From Sedimentisphaerales bacterium (lineage in GTDB: Bacteria; Planctomycetota; Phycisphaerae; Sedimentisphaerales; SM23-30), in NCBI GenBank assembly GCA_963666285.1, contig OY762711.1: a stretch of 64,000 nucleotides of DNA. One strand, given 5' to 3'. Below, in pieces: positions 54,762 to 64,000 of the stretch. Both the position numbers and the translations under genes were made by a program. Below the pieces are notes generated by a model. It was not told the origin of the DNA, ran no database searches, and saw nothing but the letters and a program-made list of their open reading frames with translations. The number at the start of each line of letters is the position of its first letter. Within the stretch, counting starts at the first letter, position 1.

Positions 54762-56144
54762 TTATAACACCAATTCGAATTCAGTTTCATCTGAATCACG
54801 ATCTTTACGATCAAGAATCAGATTTAACATCTTCTCCAATAATCTCATCGCACCATCATAGCCCACAGTTGGGAAGTGAGAGTGACCAACACGGTCAAAA
54901 ATCGGGAAGCCATGACGCAGTAAAGGAATATCTTCATCACGAGAGATATACTTACCATATGTATTACCTATTAACAGGTCAACCGGCTCATTTTTTATCC
55001 ACTGGTGCATCAGGTACATATCAGCACAGGCACCCTGCTTGTATTTGGCTTCTGGAACCTGACCTTGCAGAGAAGCTTCCATACGCTTCAGGAACTGCTT
55101 GCCAGGAGTTCCGGTTACCATATAAACAGGTTTCATATCAAGGTCAACTAAAAACTCTGCCAGTGATACCAGCTGATCAGGATCGCCCCAGAGAGCAACC
55201 TTCTTACCATAGAAATACTGATGCGAATCAGTAATCATATCAACCAGTTTGGCACGCTGCGTAGTAATTTCTTCAGGCACTTCAACCTTGGCAACTTTAC
55301 GCAGGGTATCGATAAACCTGTCAGTAGCCTTCAAACCAATTGGCAACTCAAGTGACCAGAAAGGTACTTTTGCCTTTGTTTCCAAATCCTTAGCCGCAGG
55401 CATTGAAGCAGTTGGACCAAGAGCAATAGTAGCCTGACTGCGACCCATATATTTCAGATCGCTCACCTTGGTTCCGCCTTTGGGATACATTTCCATCTTG
55501 CCGGTCTGGCCACCATTTAGAACACCATCAGTATCAGGGAACATCAGGGTTTCCACTCCCATAGCCTTGCAGATCTTTTTGATCTCGGCCATATCACTTG
55601 GCTCAACCCAGCCCGGAAGAATATTTACCGTGCGAAGCTTATTTTCACTTGGCTCGGCAAAAGCCCGCACGATACCTTTACACATATTGGCAAAGCCGGT
55701 TACATGCGAACCCACATAACTTGGTGTCTGACAGTAGATAACCTCTTTACCTTCAGGAATAAAACCTTTTTCACGAGCCTTGTCAATAATCTGAGGCATA
55801 TCGTCACCAATTGTCTCAGAAAGACATGTGGTATGAATCGCAATCACCTCTGGATCATATATGGTAAATATATTATTGATAGCCTGCAACAGATTAGCCT
55901 GACCGCCAAAAACTGAAGCACCTTCAGTAAATGAGCTCGTACCGGCCATAACAGGCTCTTTATAGTGACGTGTCAGGGCACTTCTATGATATGCACAGCA
56001 ACCCTGTGAACCGTGACTGTGAGGAAGACAACCGTGTATTCCCAAAGCCGCATACATAGCACCAATCGGCTGACATGTCTTGGCCGGGTTAATAGTAACC
56101 GCTGTCCTTTCTTTCACCTCACTTGTAGTATGTCTAAGTAACAT
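54762..56144 (-). CDS. nifK: Nitrogenase MoFe protein beta chain
   Basis: NPAKTCQPIGA, SHGSQGCC, TTCLSETIGDD, GFPIFDR. Confidence 0.97.
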   Translation of the reverse strand: MLLRHTTSEVKERTAVTINPAKTCQPIGAMYAALGIHGCLPHSHGSQGCCAYHRSALTRHYKEPVMAGTSSFTEGASVFGGQANLLQAINNIFTIYDPEVIAIHTTCLSETIGDDMPQIIDKAREKGFIPEGKEVIYCQTPSYVGSHVTGFANMCKGIVRAFAEPSENKLRTVNILPGWVEPSDMAEIKKICKAMGVETLMFPDTDGVLNGGQTGKMEMYPKGGTKVSDLKYMGRSQATIALGPTASMPAAKDLETKAKVPFWSLELPIGLKATDRFIDTLRKVAKVEVPEEITTQRAKLVDMITDSHQYFYGKKVALWGDPDQLVSLAEFLVDLDMKPVYMVTGTPGKQFLKRMEASLQGQVPEAKYKQGACADMYLMHQWIKNEPVDLLIGNTYGKYISRDEDIPLLRHGFPIFDRVGHSHFPTVGYDGAMRLLEKMLNLILDRKDRDSDETEFELVL

Positions 56145-56242
56145 TTTATTCTCCTGTATTTATTCAAGCCGCATCGGCATGAAAGTACCTGGTACAACAT
56201 AAAACCCGGTACCAATATTATCTATTATCTATCTTCTATATC

Positions 56243-57868
56243 TTAGCCTATCAGTTTCGCATCCAGCATGGGTTCTGATTTTACCTGCCACGGTGCGGTA
56301 GTATATTCCCAGATCTTGGCATTGACCATTCTGTCAACTGTTCTGTAGAAATTGATTGCACCTTTGAAGCTCGCAAATGGTCCGCCGTAGTCATAACTAT
56401 GAAGCTGTAAGCAAGGTGTTCCGGTCTTCTGGATAACATACTTTTCCTTGATACCGGCACAGAAAATATCAGGCTTATACATCTCGATCAGTTTTTCTGA
56501 CTCGTAGTGACTGATATCGTCAATGATAAGAGTATCATTTTCCATCTCAGGCATCATACCTTCATAATCGTTAAACTCGAATCCTTTCTTCTGAAAAGCT
56601 TCCATTTCCTTTTCACTTTTTCTTGGATTGTATAGCTCTGGATCCGGCCCAACTTCCAGCTCTTCGATGTTACGACTGTCTGCATCAACCTTGATGTCAG
56701 GCAGAACCTTTCTGCCTTCGTAGTCATCACGATGAGCAAACTCATAACCGGCTGCAAGTGTCTTCATACCGATCTCGGCAAATAGTTCCTGGTAGTGATG
56801 AGCACGGCTTCCGCCAACAAACAGCACAGCGGTTTTACCTTCACAACGTGCCTTAACCTCTTCCTGAACCTTTTTAACCTCAGCCATTTCTGCTTCTATT
56901 ACTTCTTTGGTCTTGGCAATCAAATCCTTATCTTCAAAGAATTCTGCTATCTTGAGCAAACTTTTAGCCGTTGCTCCTGCACCAATAAAGTTCACCTTAA
57001 ACCATGGAATACCGTATTTTTTCTCCATCATATCAGCTACATAGTTGATCGAACGATGGCACATTACCGTATTCAAATCTGCAGTATGAGCATTTTCAAA
57101 TCCTGCGATAGAAGAATTACCACTGAATGTAGAATGCATTCTCAGTCCGCACTTTTCAAACAGGTCATCGATCAGGAATGCATCACCACCGATATTGTAT
57201 TCACCCAGCAGATTAACCTTAAACGGATGCTCATTTACGGTATCATCACGTCCGATTACATGCTTAAACAACTGGTTGTTTGCAATGTGGTGACCGGCTG
57301 ACTGGCTCACACCTTTATAACCTTCACAACTAAAACCGAAGATATTAATACCAAGCTCTTCACGCATCTCTTTGGCAACGGCATGGACATCGTCACCAAT
57401 CAAACCAACCGGACAGGTTGAGAAAATACCAATCGCCTTTGGTTTGACCAGTTCGTATATCTCTTTTATCGCAGTTTTCAGTTTTTTCTCACCACCAAAG
57501 ATAACTTCCTCATCCTGCATATCTGTTGAGAAACAATAGTTCATAAAGTTCTCGCCGTCTTTGCCCGGATCTGTCTGATTACGCCTGGTAAGCCAGGAGT
57601 AAAAACCGCAACCAATCGGACCATGTGTCAGGTTCACGATATCTCTGGTCGGACCCAGTACCACACCTTTACATCCGGCATAAGTACAGCCACGCTGTGT
57701 TATGATACCGGGAGTTGTTCGAACGTTAGCGTTTATCGCCGGTACCTGATCTTTTTCCTGAACCTTGTTTACCACGATCTGGCTGGCACGCTTGCGGGCA
57801 ACCTTCGCCGGGTAAATTTTGGTCATTTCATCTTTTGCCTCTATAGGATCTATTCTGTTCTCAGGCAT
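56243..57868 (-). CDS. nifD: Nitrogenase MoFe protein alpha chain (Clostridium-type with internal insertion)
   Basis: RGCTYAGC, HGPIGC, STCP, GVSQSAGHH, MCHRS, GGSRAHH, QLHSYDY. Confidence 0.97.
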   Translation of the reverse strand: MPENRIDPIEAKDEMTKIYPAKVARKRASQIVVNKVQEKDQVPAINANVRTTPGIITQRGCTYAGCKGVVLGPTRDIVNLTHGPIGCGFYSWLTRRNQTDPGKDGENFMNYCFSTDMQDEEVIFGGEKKLKTAIKEIYELVKPKAIGIFSTCPVGLIGDDVHAVAKEMREELGINIFGFSCEGYKGVSQSAGHHIANNQLFKHVIGRDDTVNEHPFKVNLLGEYNIGGDAFLIDDLFEKCGLRMHSTFSGNSSIAGFENAHTADLNTVMCHRSINYVADMMEKKYGIPWFKVNFIGAGATAKSLLKIAEFFEDKDLIAKTKEVIEAEMAEVKKVQEEVKARCEGKTAVLFVGGSRAHHYQELFAEIGMKTLAAGYEFAHRDDYEGRKVLPDIKVDADSRNIEELEVGPDPELYNPRKSEKEMEAFQKKGFEFNDYEGMMPEMENDTLIIDDISHYESEKLIEMYKPDIFCAGIKEKYVIQKTGTPCLQLHSYDYGGPFASFKGAINFYRTVDRMVNAKIWEYTTAPWQVKSEPMLDAKLIG

Positions 57869-57979
57869 ATTACACCTCTTATATACATTGTTTTAATTCT
57901 CTTGCTACTTTGTATACTGCTGAAATATGCCGTACTCTTTTAACATATTTTTTAACAGCAGCAGACACTACACTACCAA

Positions 57980-58372
57980 TTATTCACTATCGGCATAATC
58001 ACCAAGAGCTTCTTCACCTGTTTCACCTGTCCTGACACGGATTGTTTCTGATATTGGCAGAACAAAGATTTTTCCATCACCAGGTGAACCGGTTTGGTTT
58101 ACAGAGATCAATGTTTCTACTATTTCATCTACTTTCTCATCTCTTGTCACTATCTGGACCATTCGCTTAGGTATCAATTTTGGCCCTGGACTTAACTGAT
58201 TTATAGCTTCTTCGTAACCTTCCTCAGCACCTTTAAGCAACAGGTAATCTACTTTGCCTTTGCCGCGGCCTATTACCTTTCGAGCCGTCATAGATGCAAC
58301 ACCAAGCTCGCTTAAAGCCTTTTTTGTTGCATTCATTTTATTCATTCGAATTACTGCTAATATTTCTTTCAT
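57980..58372 (-). CDS. nifI2: PII-family nitrogenase regulator NifI2
   Basis: MKEILAVIRMNK, GRGKG, GDGKIFV; between nifH and nifD; AAGGAG RBS before ATG 58372. Confidence 0.9.
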   Translation of the reverse strand: MKEILAVIRMNKMNATKKALSELGVASMTARKVIGRGKGKVDYLLLKGAEEGYEEAINQLSPGPKLIPKRMVQIVTRDEKVDEIVETLISVNQTGSPGDGKIFVLPISETIRVRTGETGEEALGDYADSE

Positions 58373-58455
58373 CGCAGATTCTCCTTGTGTTACTGCGTTG
58401 TTTTTTAGTTTAGCTGTGAACAACTAACTAGCTGCCACTTTTTGTCTGTTTTTTT

Positions 58456-58782
58456 TTACAGACCCTTAACACCGGAACTTACTGTATAAGCTGCATCTAC
58501 AGGAGAGATAAATATTTTACCATCTCCAAATGCACCTTTTGATCCGGAACGAGCGGCTTTCATAATAGTATCAACAACAAGGTCTTTATCTGAATCTTCG
58601 ACTACAGTAAAGATCATTTCTTTTGGCAGTTCATCGTATGTAATTTCACCGATTTTCATACCACGCTGCTTACCTCTTCCGAACACATCCATTTTTGTTA
58701 CAGATGGAAATCCGGCATACATCAAAGCTGCTAGTACTTCATCAGTTTTTTCCGGGCGAATAATAGCTCTTACCATTAACAT
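58456..58782 (-). CDS. nifI1: PII-family nitrogenase regulator NifI1
   Basis: RAIIRPEK, GRGKQRG, YDELPK, GAFGDGKIF. Confidence 0.92.
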   Translation of the reverse strand: MLMVRAIIRPEKTDEVLAALMYAGFPSVTKMDVFGRGKQRGMKIGEITYDELPKEMIFTVVEDSDKDLVVDTIMKAARSGSKGAFGDGKIFISPVDAAYTVSSGVKGL

Positions 58783-58977
58783 TATATTGATTTCCTTTCC
58801 TAAGGATATTTGCATCCATTTTGGTATACTTATTTAATTTATATTATACTATTTCAAGTAATATTTGGTTTAAGGTCTTCTGCCGGCAATAAGCAGCAAC
58901 ATGAAAAACAATCAAAATCAAATTCATCACCATATATTTATGTCGCCGCTCATTGACTTGTAATATTTGGCTTACAT

Positions 58978-59826
<849 letters not shown>

Positions 59827-59945
59827 TCACTAAAGGTTGTTAACTTCGTTGCTTCTACTTTCTGACTAATACAACTTTCTAAACTCTCTAAGCTATCGGC
59901 CCCCGTTTAGGCGGAAGTTTCAGCTTTAATTACGGAAGAGATAAA

Positions 59946-59961
59946 TACAAGCGGCGTGCCA
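59946..59961 (-). promoter_or_regulatory. Sigma54 -24/-12 promoter of the nifH operon
   Basis: TGGCACGCCGCTTGTA (GG-N10-GT). Confidence 0.75.
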
Positions 59962-60236
59962 GAAAAATTTATGTGCCGGAAAATATTTTTCATACAAAAC
60001 CCCACATATGCATTCGACCGCTAAAAAAATGTTAAGCAGGGTAATTTACAGTCGGGAATATTAAAGCCGGCAAGAGCTAAAACGCGATTATTATTAAAAT
60101 AATAAGGTAAATAAGAAAATAGATTTTTCTATATAAAATTCAAGCCAACCACCAAATTTAAATGCTATAATTATTCGGATAGCCAGGAAAACTCTCTTCC
60201 GGGCATATACAAACTCTAAAGTGCGCGCATGCTGTT

Positions 60237-60343
60237 TAGGAAATTTATTTCACATAATTCCTAATCCACTACATAAGCATTGCCAACCTACAATCTATAA
60301 AACCATAATTACTAGTTAAACAGTGTGTGAAAAAATTTTCACA
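60237..60343. promoter_or_regulatory. Candidate upstream activator sites (nifH)
   Basis: TAGGAAATTTATTTCACA (60237-60254) and palindrome TGTGAAAAAATTTTCACA (60326-60343). Confidence 0.5.
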
Positions 60344-60416
60344 TCACCCAATGGTATTTCCCGGGATTATTACCAAAAGTTTCACATATTCAAATACGCC
60401 AGTATGGAATTTTCTT

Positions 60417-60582
60417 ACTTTTGCTGATAGCGGATTGGGATTTTGAGGATGTATGGAGAATTGGCGAAGGTCAGACTTACCCGTATTTGAGGAAGTATAT
60501 TGCAGCGGATATAAATGAAGATAAGGCTGTAGATTTACTGGACTTACAGAAGGTAGCGGCGAACTGGCTGAATAGCTACTAA
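60417..60582 (+). pseudogene. Frameshifted C-terminal remnant of a GLUG/dockerin-like surface protein
   Basis: TFADSG(+1 T at about 60435)WDFEDVWRIGEGQTYPYLRKYIAADINEDKAVDLLDLQKVAANWLNSY*; no 5' part. Confidence 0.7.
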
Positions 60583-60621
60583 CGATTTTAGCAAGTATCC
60601 ATAAAAATCTTCTATTGATAT

Positions 60622-60657
60622 ACCCTGGTTTAGAGATGATCTATGCCGGGGTTTTTT
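60622..60657 (+). terminator. Intrinsic terminator after the remnant
   Basis: ccctggt...gccgggg followed by a T-tract. Confidence 0.5.
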
Positions 60658-60701
60658 ATTGTTCCGGCTAGTCAGCCTGCCATTAAAGAGCTTTATAATA
60701 A

Positions 60702-61274
60702 TCAGTTATCATCAGATTTATCAGTTTCATAAGATTCATCTGAAAGCCTGAGATTGATACTCTTGAGTATGGCCTGTTCTAAGTCGTTGTCGCGTCCGGC
60801 GTTATCCCAGTCCATAGAACCCTTGGTGTTTTTTCTCCTGAGCAGACGAGAGTTGGCAACGAAGACATCGTCGGTTTTGGTACTATCTGATTTGCTATCG
60901 GGAGTGATATAGAGCTTATCGATGTCGGCGATACATTCGAGTTCGACCGGGTTTCTGTGCCAGTTAAAGCTTAGTTTGACGGTTCGCCTGGTGGTCTGTA
61001 GGCTGCTTTTGGCGACTGCCGAGGTGGTAACGACGTCATCTTTCCATAGCTCAAACCACTGCTTACTGACCAGCGGCATGGTTTCGATGATGCCTGCTGT
61101 GCGATTCTGGAAATCGATGGTAAAGCCGCGGGCGATAAGCTCTGCTTTTGCTTCCTGCCAGAGCAGGTCAGGCCGGGCAGTTGAGGTCATGGGGTTATTT
61201 ACAGAGTTCGGTTTTTGGCAGCCTACTGTAAATATAGTAATTAACAGGATTAATAATTTATATGTATTTTTCAT
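60702..61274 (-). CDS. Hypothetical lipoprotein (NlpB/BamC-like N-terminal fold possible)
   Basis: MKNTYKLLILLITIFTVGC lipobox; LWQEAKAEL...GFTID..NRTAGIIET; GRDNDLEQAIL. Confidence 0.65.
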   Translation of the reverse strand: MKNTYKLLILLITIFTVGCQKPNSVNNPMTSTARPDLLWQEAKAELIARGFTIDFQNRTAGIIETMPLVSKQWFELWKDDVVTTSAVAKSSLQTTRRTVKLSFNWHRNPVELECIADIDKLYITPDSKSDSTKTDDVFVANSRLLRRKNTKGSMDWDNAGRDNDLEQAILKSINLRLSDESYETDKSDDN

Positions 61275-61725
61275 AATAAAGTCAAAAACAGGGTTCTTCA
61301 CGGCGGCCAACGGACGCAATCTTCGCCAGCGCGGCGGCTAACGGATGGTATGCGAACGACAACGGCGGGCCACGGCGGGCAAGCGGCGAGCCGCTATTTT
61401 TACGTTTTTTTGCTACTTTTGGCCCTGGTGGGCCCTTTTATCGAGGCGAATAATTGCCAGGATCAGTCGCGTTTACATTTACTATTTTAACTGAAAGAGT
61501 TGGAAGAGAGAAGCATTTTAAATTATGAAGGATGAAGGATGAAAAAAGATAATCAGGACTTAACAACAGGTGTGCCGAAGTTTCCCGATGAACCAATGGC
61601 CTACAGTTGAGATATGATAGTATGAAAGCTTCCCACGTAGTAATACAATTCTCACTAACAAAAAAAGTATAAAAGAATTTCTCAATAGTGAGATAACTAT
61701 TTATAGATTGTATTATATGAGTGCG

Positions 61726-62150
61726 GTTTCGCACTTTTGACTGTTCAACATTACACGCAAAGGCCAGAACAGGGCCTTGTGAATGAAAACTCTCTATTTA
61801 AATGTATTTCCGAGCTAATTCTCGAAAGTACATTTAATTCAAAACGTTGCAGGAAGGCCCTTTTAGGCGATTTTTGCAACTTAAAACTGCGAAAGTAAAC
61901 TATGAAAAACCAAATTCTATTTTGACTTTTTATTATCCTCTTGCATATAGTAGATAGATGTTTCTTTATTAATATTTAATTGAATATAGTACGTTTCGTA
62001 CTTTTGGCTGTTCAACATTATCCACCAAGTCAGACACAGAGCCAATTAAGTTAAAAATTAAGGTTTTTGACTATATTCTCACGTTTAAAATCATAAGTGC
62101 AACGTGAGAGCTTTTTAGGTAAATATTCAGCTTTAGGTGTGCGAATTAAA
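61726..62150. repeat. Degenerate direct duplication of a roughly 165-bp element with imperfect terminal inverted repeats (MITE-like)
   Basis: gtttcgcacttttgactgttcaacatta (61726) vs gtttcgtacttttggctgttcaacatta (61993); ends ...ttttaggcga...tgcgaaagtaaac vs ...ttttaggtaa...tgcgaattaaac. Confidence 0.5.
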
Positions 62151-62456
62151 CAATAAAAGTTATCAAATCTACTCAGGATATGATAGATAAAACTTTTCAA
62201 TTATTTATTGATATTTTGCATAGCTACAGCGTGGCATAATGGAATCTGTAACACCACTACAGATACAACACCAAATAAGGAAATAGAAAACAACTCTCAA
62301 CTCAATAACACACGCAAAACCTGTCAATTAGTGATTGTATCTAATAAGAACAATGAGTAACAAGATATAAGTAGTATTATAAGGTATCGGCTGATGCCAA
62401 GATTTCTTTTAATTGCCAACTAGTGACAAATAAAGTTTAAGAAAGAAGCATTAAGG

Positions 62457-63638
62457 ATGAAAAATTATTTGATTAGAACATACAGTCTCATATGTATATT
62501 TGCTCTTGTTGTTATTATTACTGGTTGCGGCATACCACTAAAAGTACCAGAGAAAACCTTATTCTGCTGGAACAGTGACAACTTGATATCTCCTAACGAA
62601 AGAATAGTTGAATTTGAAGGTTCTGTTGTAACATTATCAGAAAAGTTTATACAGTGGATTCTTCAAAATGAAGGGCAAGTAATCGCACACAATAAAGACT
62701 TTCACAAAAAGATTACATTTTCTCCTAATTGCGAACAAAATTTCCAACTTGCCAAAAAAATATATGACACTGAAAAAGATTCCTGCCTTAAGCTAAGACC
62801 AAGTTTACAGATAACAGATGAGGAATTTGCCAGGCTTAAGGAACTAATGAGCAAACAAATCTTATTAGAAGAGTCAAATGAACCATCACATAAAATAATA
62901 GCTAACATGAATAAGCGAAAACACACACGCTCTTACAAAGTACAAACTGGAACAAAAAAGGAAATGGTTGGTTATAAAGATCCTTATTATAATCACGGTG
63001 GTGGAATCCAAGGATTGGGAGTAATGAGTTTTACTTATCTGTTGGGCTGTTCTGATGTAACAAGACCATTAGTTGATTCATTGTCACAAGAAGTCGAAAA
63101 ACCTGTATATGAAACCCGAACAGAAATAACTCCTTTTAGCAGTGAAATAGAAATATACATTTACCAGAACGACGGAAAGACTTATGTTTATGCTACTGCA
63201 AAGCCACAATGTAAAGATACGGCAGCTGATTATGGCAAAACAATAGATTTCAGGTATTTACAAAATTCTCTAGCTGATTATGAATGCGCCTTAGTAAGGG
63301 CTATACTAATATGCGGAAAGGTAGATGTCAATAAAGTATATTCAGATGGTACCACTGCATTATGGAAGGCATCCCAAATTGGCAATAGTCAAATTGTCGA
63401 GTATTTACTTAATAAAAAGGCTAATGTGAATTTTGCTCTTCCTGCCGGAGAAACTCCTTTGTGGATAGCATCAAAAAACGGGCATTTCGATGTTGTAAAA
63501 TTACTACTGGAAGCCGGAGCTGATGTAAATGCAAAAGCATGTACAACTAAAAAATGTTATACTCCTTTAGAAGCAGCAAGAAAGATGAAAAACGATCAAG
63601 TTATCAGCCTCTTAACAGAATATGGAGCTACCGAATAA
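62457..63638 (+). CDS. Lipoprotein with C-terminal ankyrin repeats
   Basis: Lipobox ITGC; GTTALWKAS, GETPLWIASKNGHFDVVKLLLEAGADVN, YTPLEAA. Confidence 0.85.
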   Translation: MKNYLIRTYSLICIFALVVIITGCGIPLKVPEKTLFCWNSDNLISPNERIVEFEGSVVTLSEKFIQWILQNEGQVIAHNKDFHKKITFSPNCEQNFQLAKKIYDTEKDSCLKLRPSLQITDEEFARLKELMSKQILLEESNEPSHKIIANMNKRKHTRSYKVQTGTKKEMVGYKDPYYNHGGGIQGLGVMSFTYLLGCSDVTRPLVDSLSQEVEKPVYETRTEITPFSSEIEIYIYQNDGKTYVYATAKPQCKDTAADYGKTIDFRYLQNSLADYECALVRAILICGKVDVNKVYSDGTTALWKASQIGNSQIVEYLLNKKANVNFALPAGETPLWIASKNGHFDVVKLLLEAGADVNAKACTTKKCYTPLEAARKMKNDQVISLLTEYGATE

Positions 63639-63661
63639 TTCATCTCTGGCAGAACAACAAT

Positions 63662-64000
63662 ATGGAAAAGAAAAATACCAAGAACACAGATTCAGATTTC
63701 GGTCAAGATCCCATAGATAAGGTTGTGGTAAATCAAGAAAATGGGTTTGGGATATTTTCCAATTATGTACCAACCTCAAGTATTACAGGGCTTTGTACAG
63801 CTATCTTTTTCTTTTCAATTATGACTGCAATAGGAAGTGTCCTATTATATTACTCACTCTCGGAAAATATTCACTGGGGAATTTTAATAACCGGATCTAT
63901 CCTTTTGCTGATAAGTTCAACACTGCTAATAGTAACTTCGCAATGCTTCAGAGATGCTAGGAGAAAAGATATATACAATTTACCTTTCTCTGGAATATGG
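63662..64000 (+). CDS. Membrane protein, partial (runs off right edge)
   Basis: Open frame MEKKNTKNTD...ITGLCTAIFFFSIMTAIGSVLLYY...WGILITGSILLLISSTLLIV to the edge. Confidence 0.6.
   Translation, partial: MEKKNTKNTDSDFGQDPIDKVVVNQENGFGIFSNYVPTSSITGLCTAIFFFSIMTAIGSVLLYYSLSENIHWGILITGSILLLISSTLLIVTSQCFRDARRKDIYNLPFSGIW

Noticed and set aside
56145..56242. Possible vnfG/anfG (alternative nitrogenase)
   Set aside because: Only 98 bp between D and K; NifD has Mo-type MCHRS/LHSYDY motifs and nifEN are present
54686..57943. Plus-strand ORFs over nifK/nifD
   Set aside because: Antisense shadows of well-supported genes; the same applies to the other short overlapping ORFs in the track
60404..60582. 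Intact small ORF from ATG 60404
   Set aside because: That frame stops at TGA 60425; the conserved peptide needs a frameshift, so it was called a pseudogene
61298..61350. attC-like GTTAGCC/GTTGGCC cores on the minus strand
   Set aside because: No matching inverse core, cassette array or integrase

Overview
Low-GC bacterial window, most likely from an anaerobic planctomycete (Phycisphaerae/Sedimentisphaerales-like). This assignment is inferred from the planctomycete-type ECF sigma/FecR pair and a GLUG/dockerin-like gene remnant. In order the window holds: (1) 1-8.2 kb, a minus-strand VWA/FHA/PP2C membrane phosphosignalling operon running off the left edge; (2) an LpxR-like porin gene and an ECF sigma-FecR-GH92 mannosidase locus; (3) 15-32 kb, a chemosensory operon (MCP-like, STAS, cheY, cheA, three MCPs, cheW, cheR, cheB) with no stand-alone cheD but with an exported Cache + CheD-like fusion gene; (4) a NifA-like sigma54 activator and an orphan MCP; (5) 39-60 kb, a Clostridium/Desulfovibrio-type Mo-nitrogenase gene set (nifH-I1-I2-D-K, nifE-N, nifB-fdx-GNAT-nifV). 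The nif set is split into three units, each with a non-canonical GG-N10-GT sigma54 promoter. The two interrupting plus-strand inserts are a Tat-signal TldD/TldE pair and a corrinoid protein-MtaA/UroD-DUF1638-histidine kinase module; (6) a frameshifted surface-protein remnant, lipoproteins and a degenerate MITE-like duplication at the right end. No rRNA, tRNA, CRISPR array or transposase was recognised. Best candidates for undescribed systems: the B12/methyltransferase/DUF1638/kinase module inside the nif cluster and the exported Cache-CheD-like protein.
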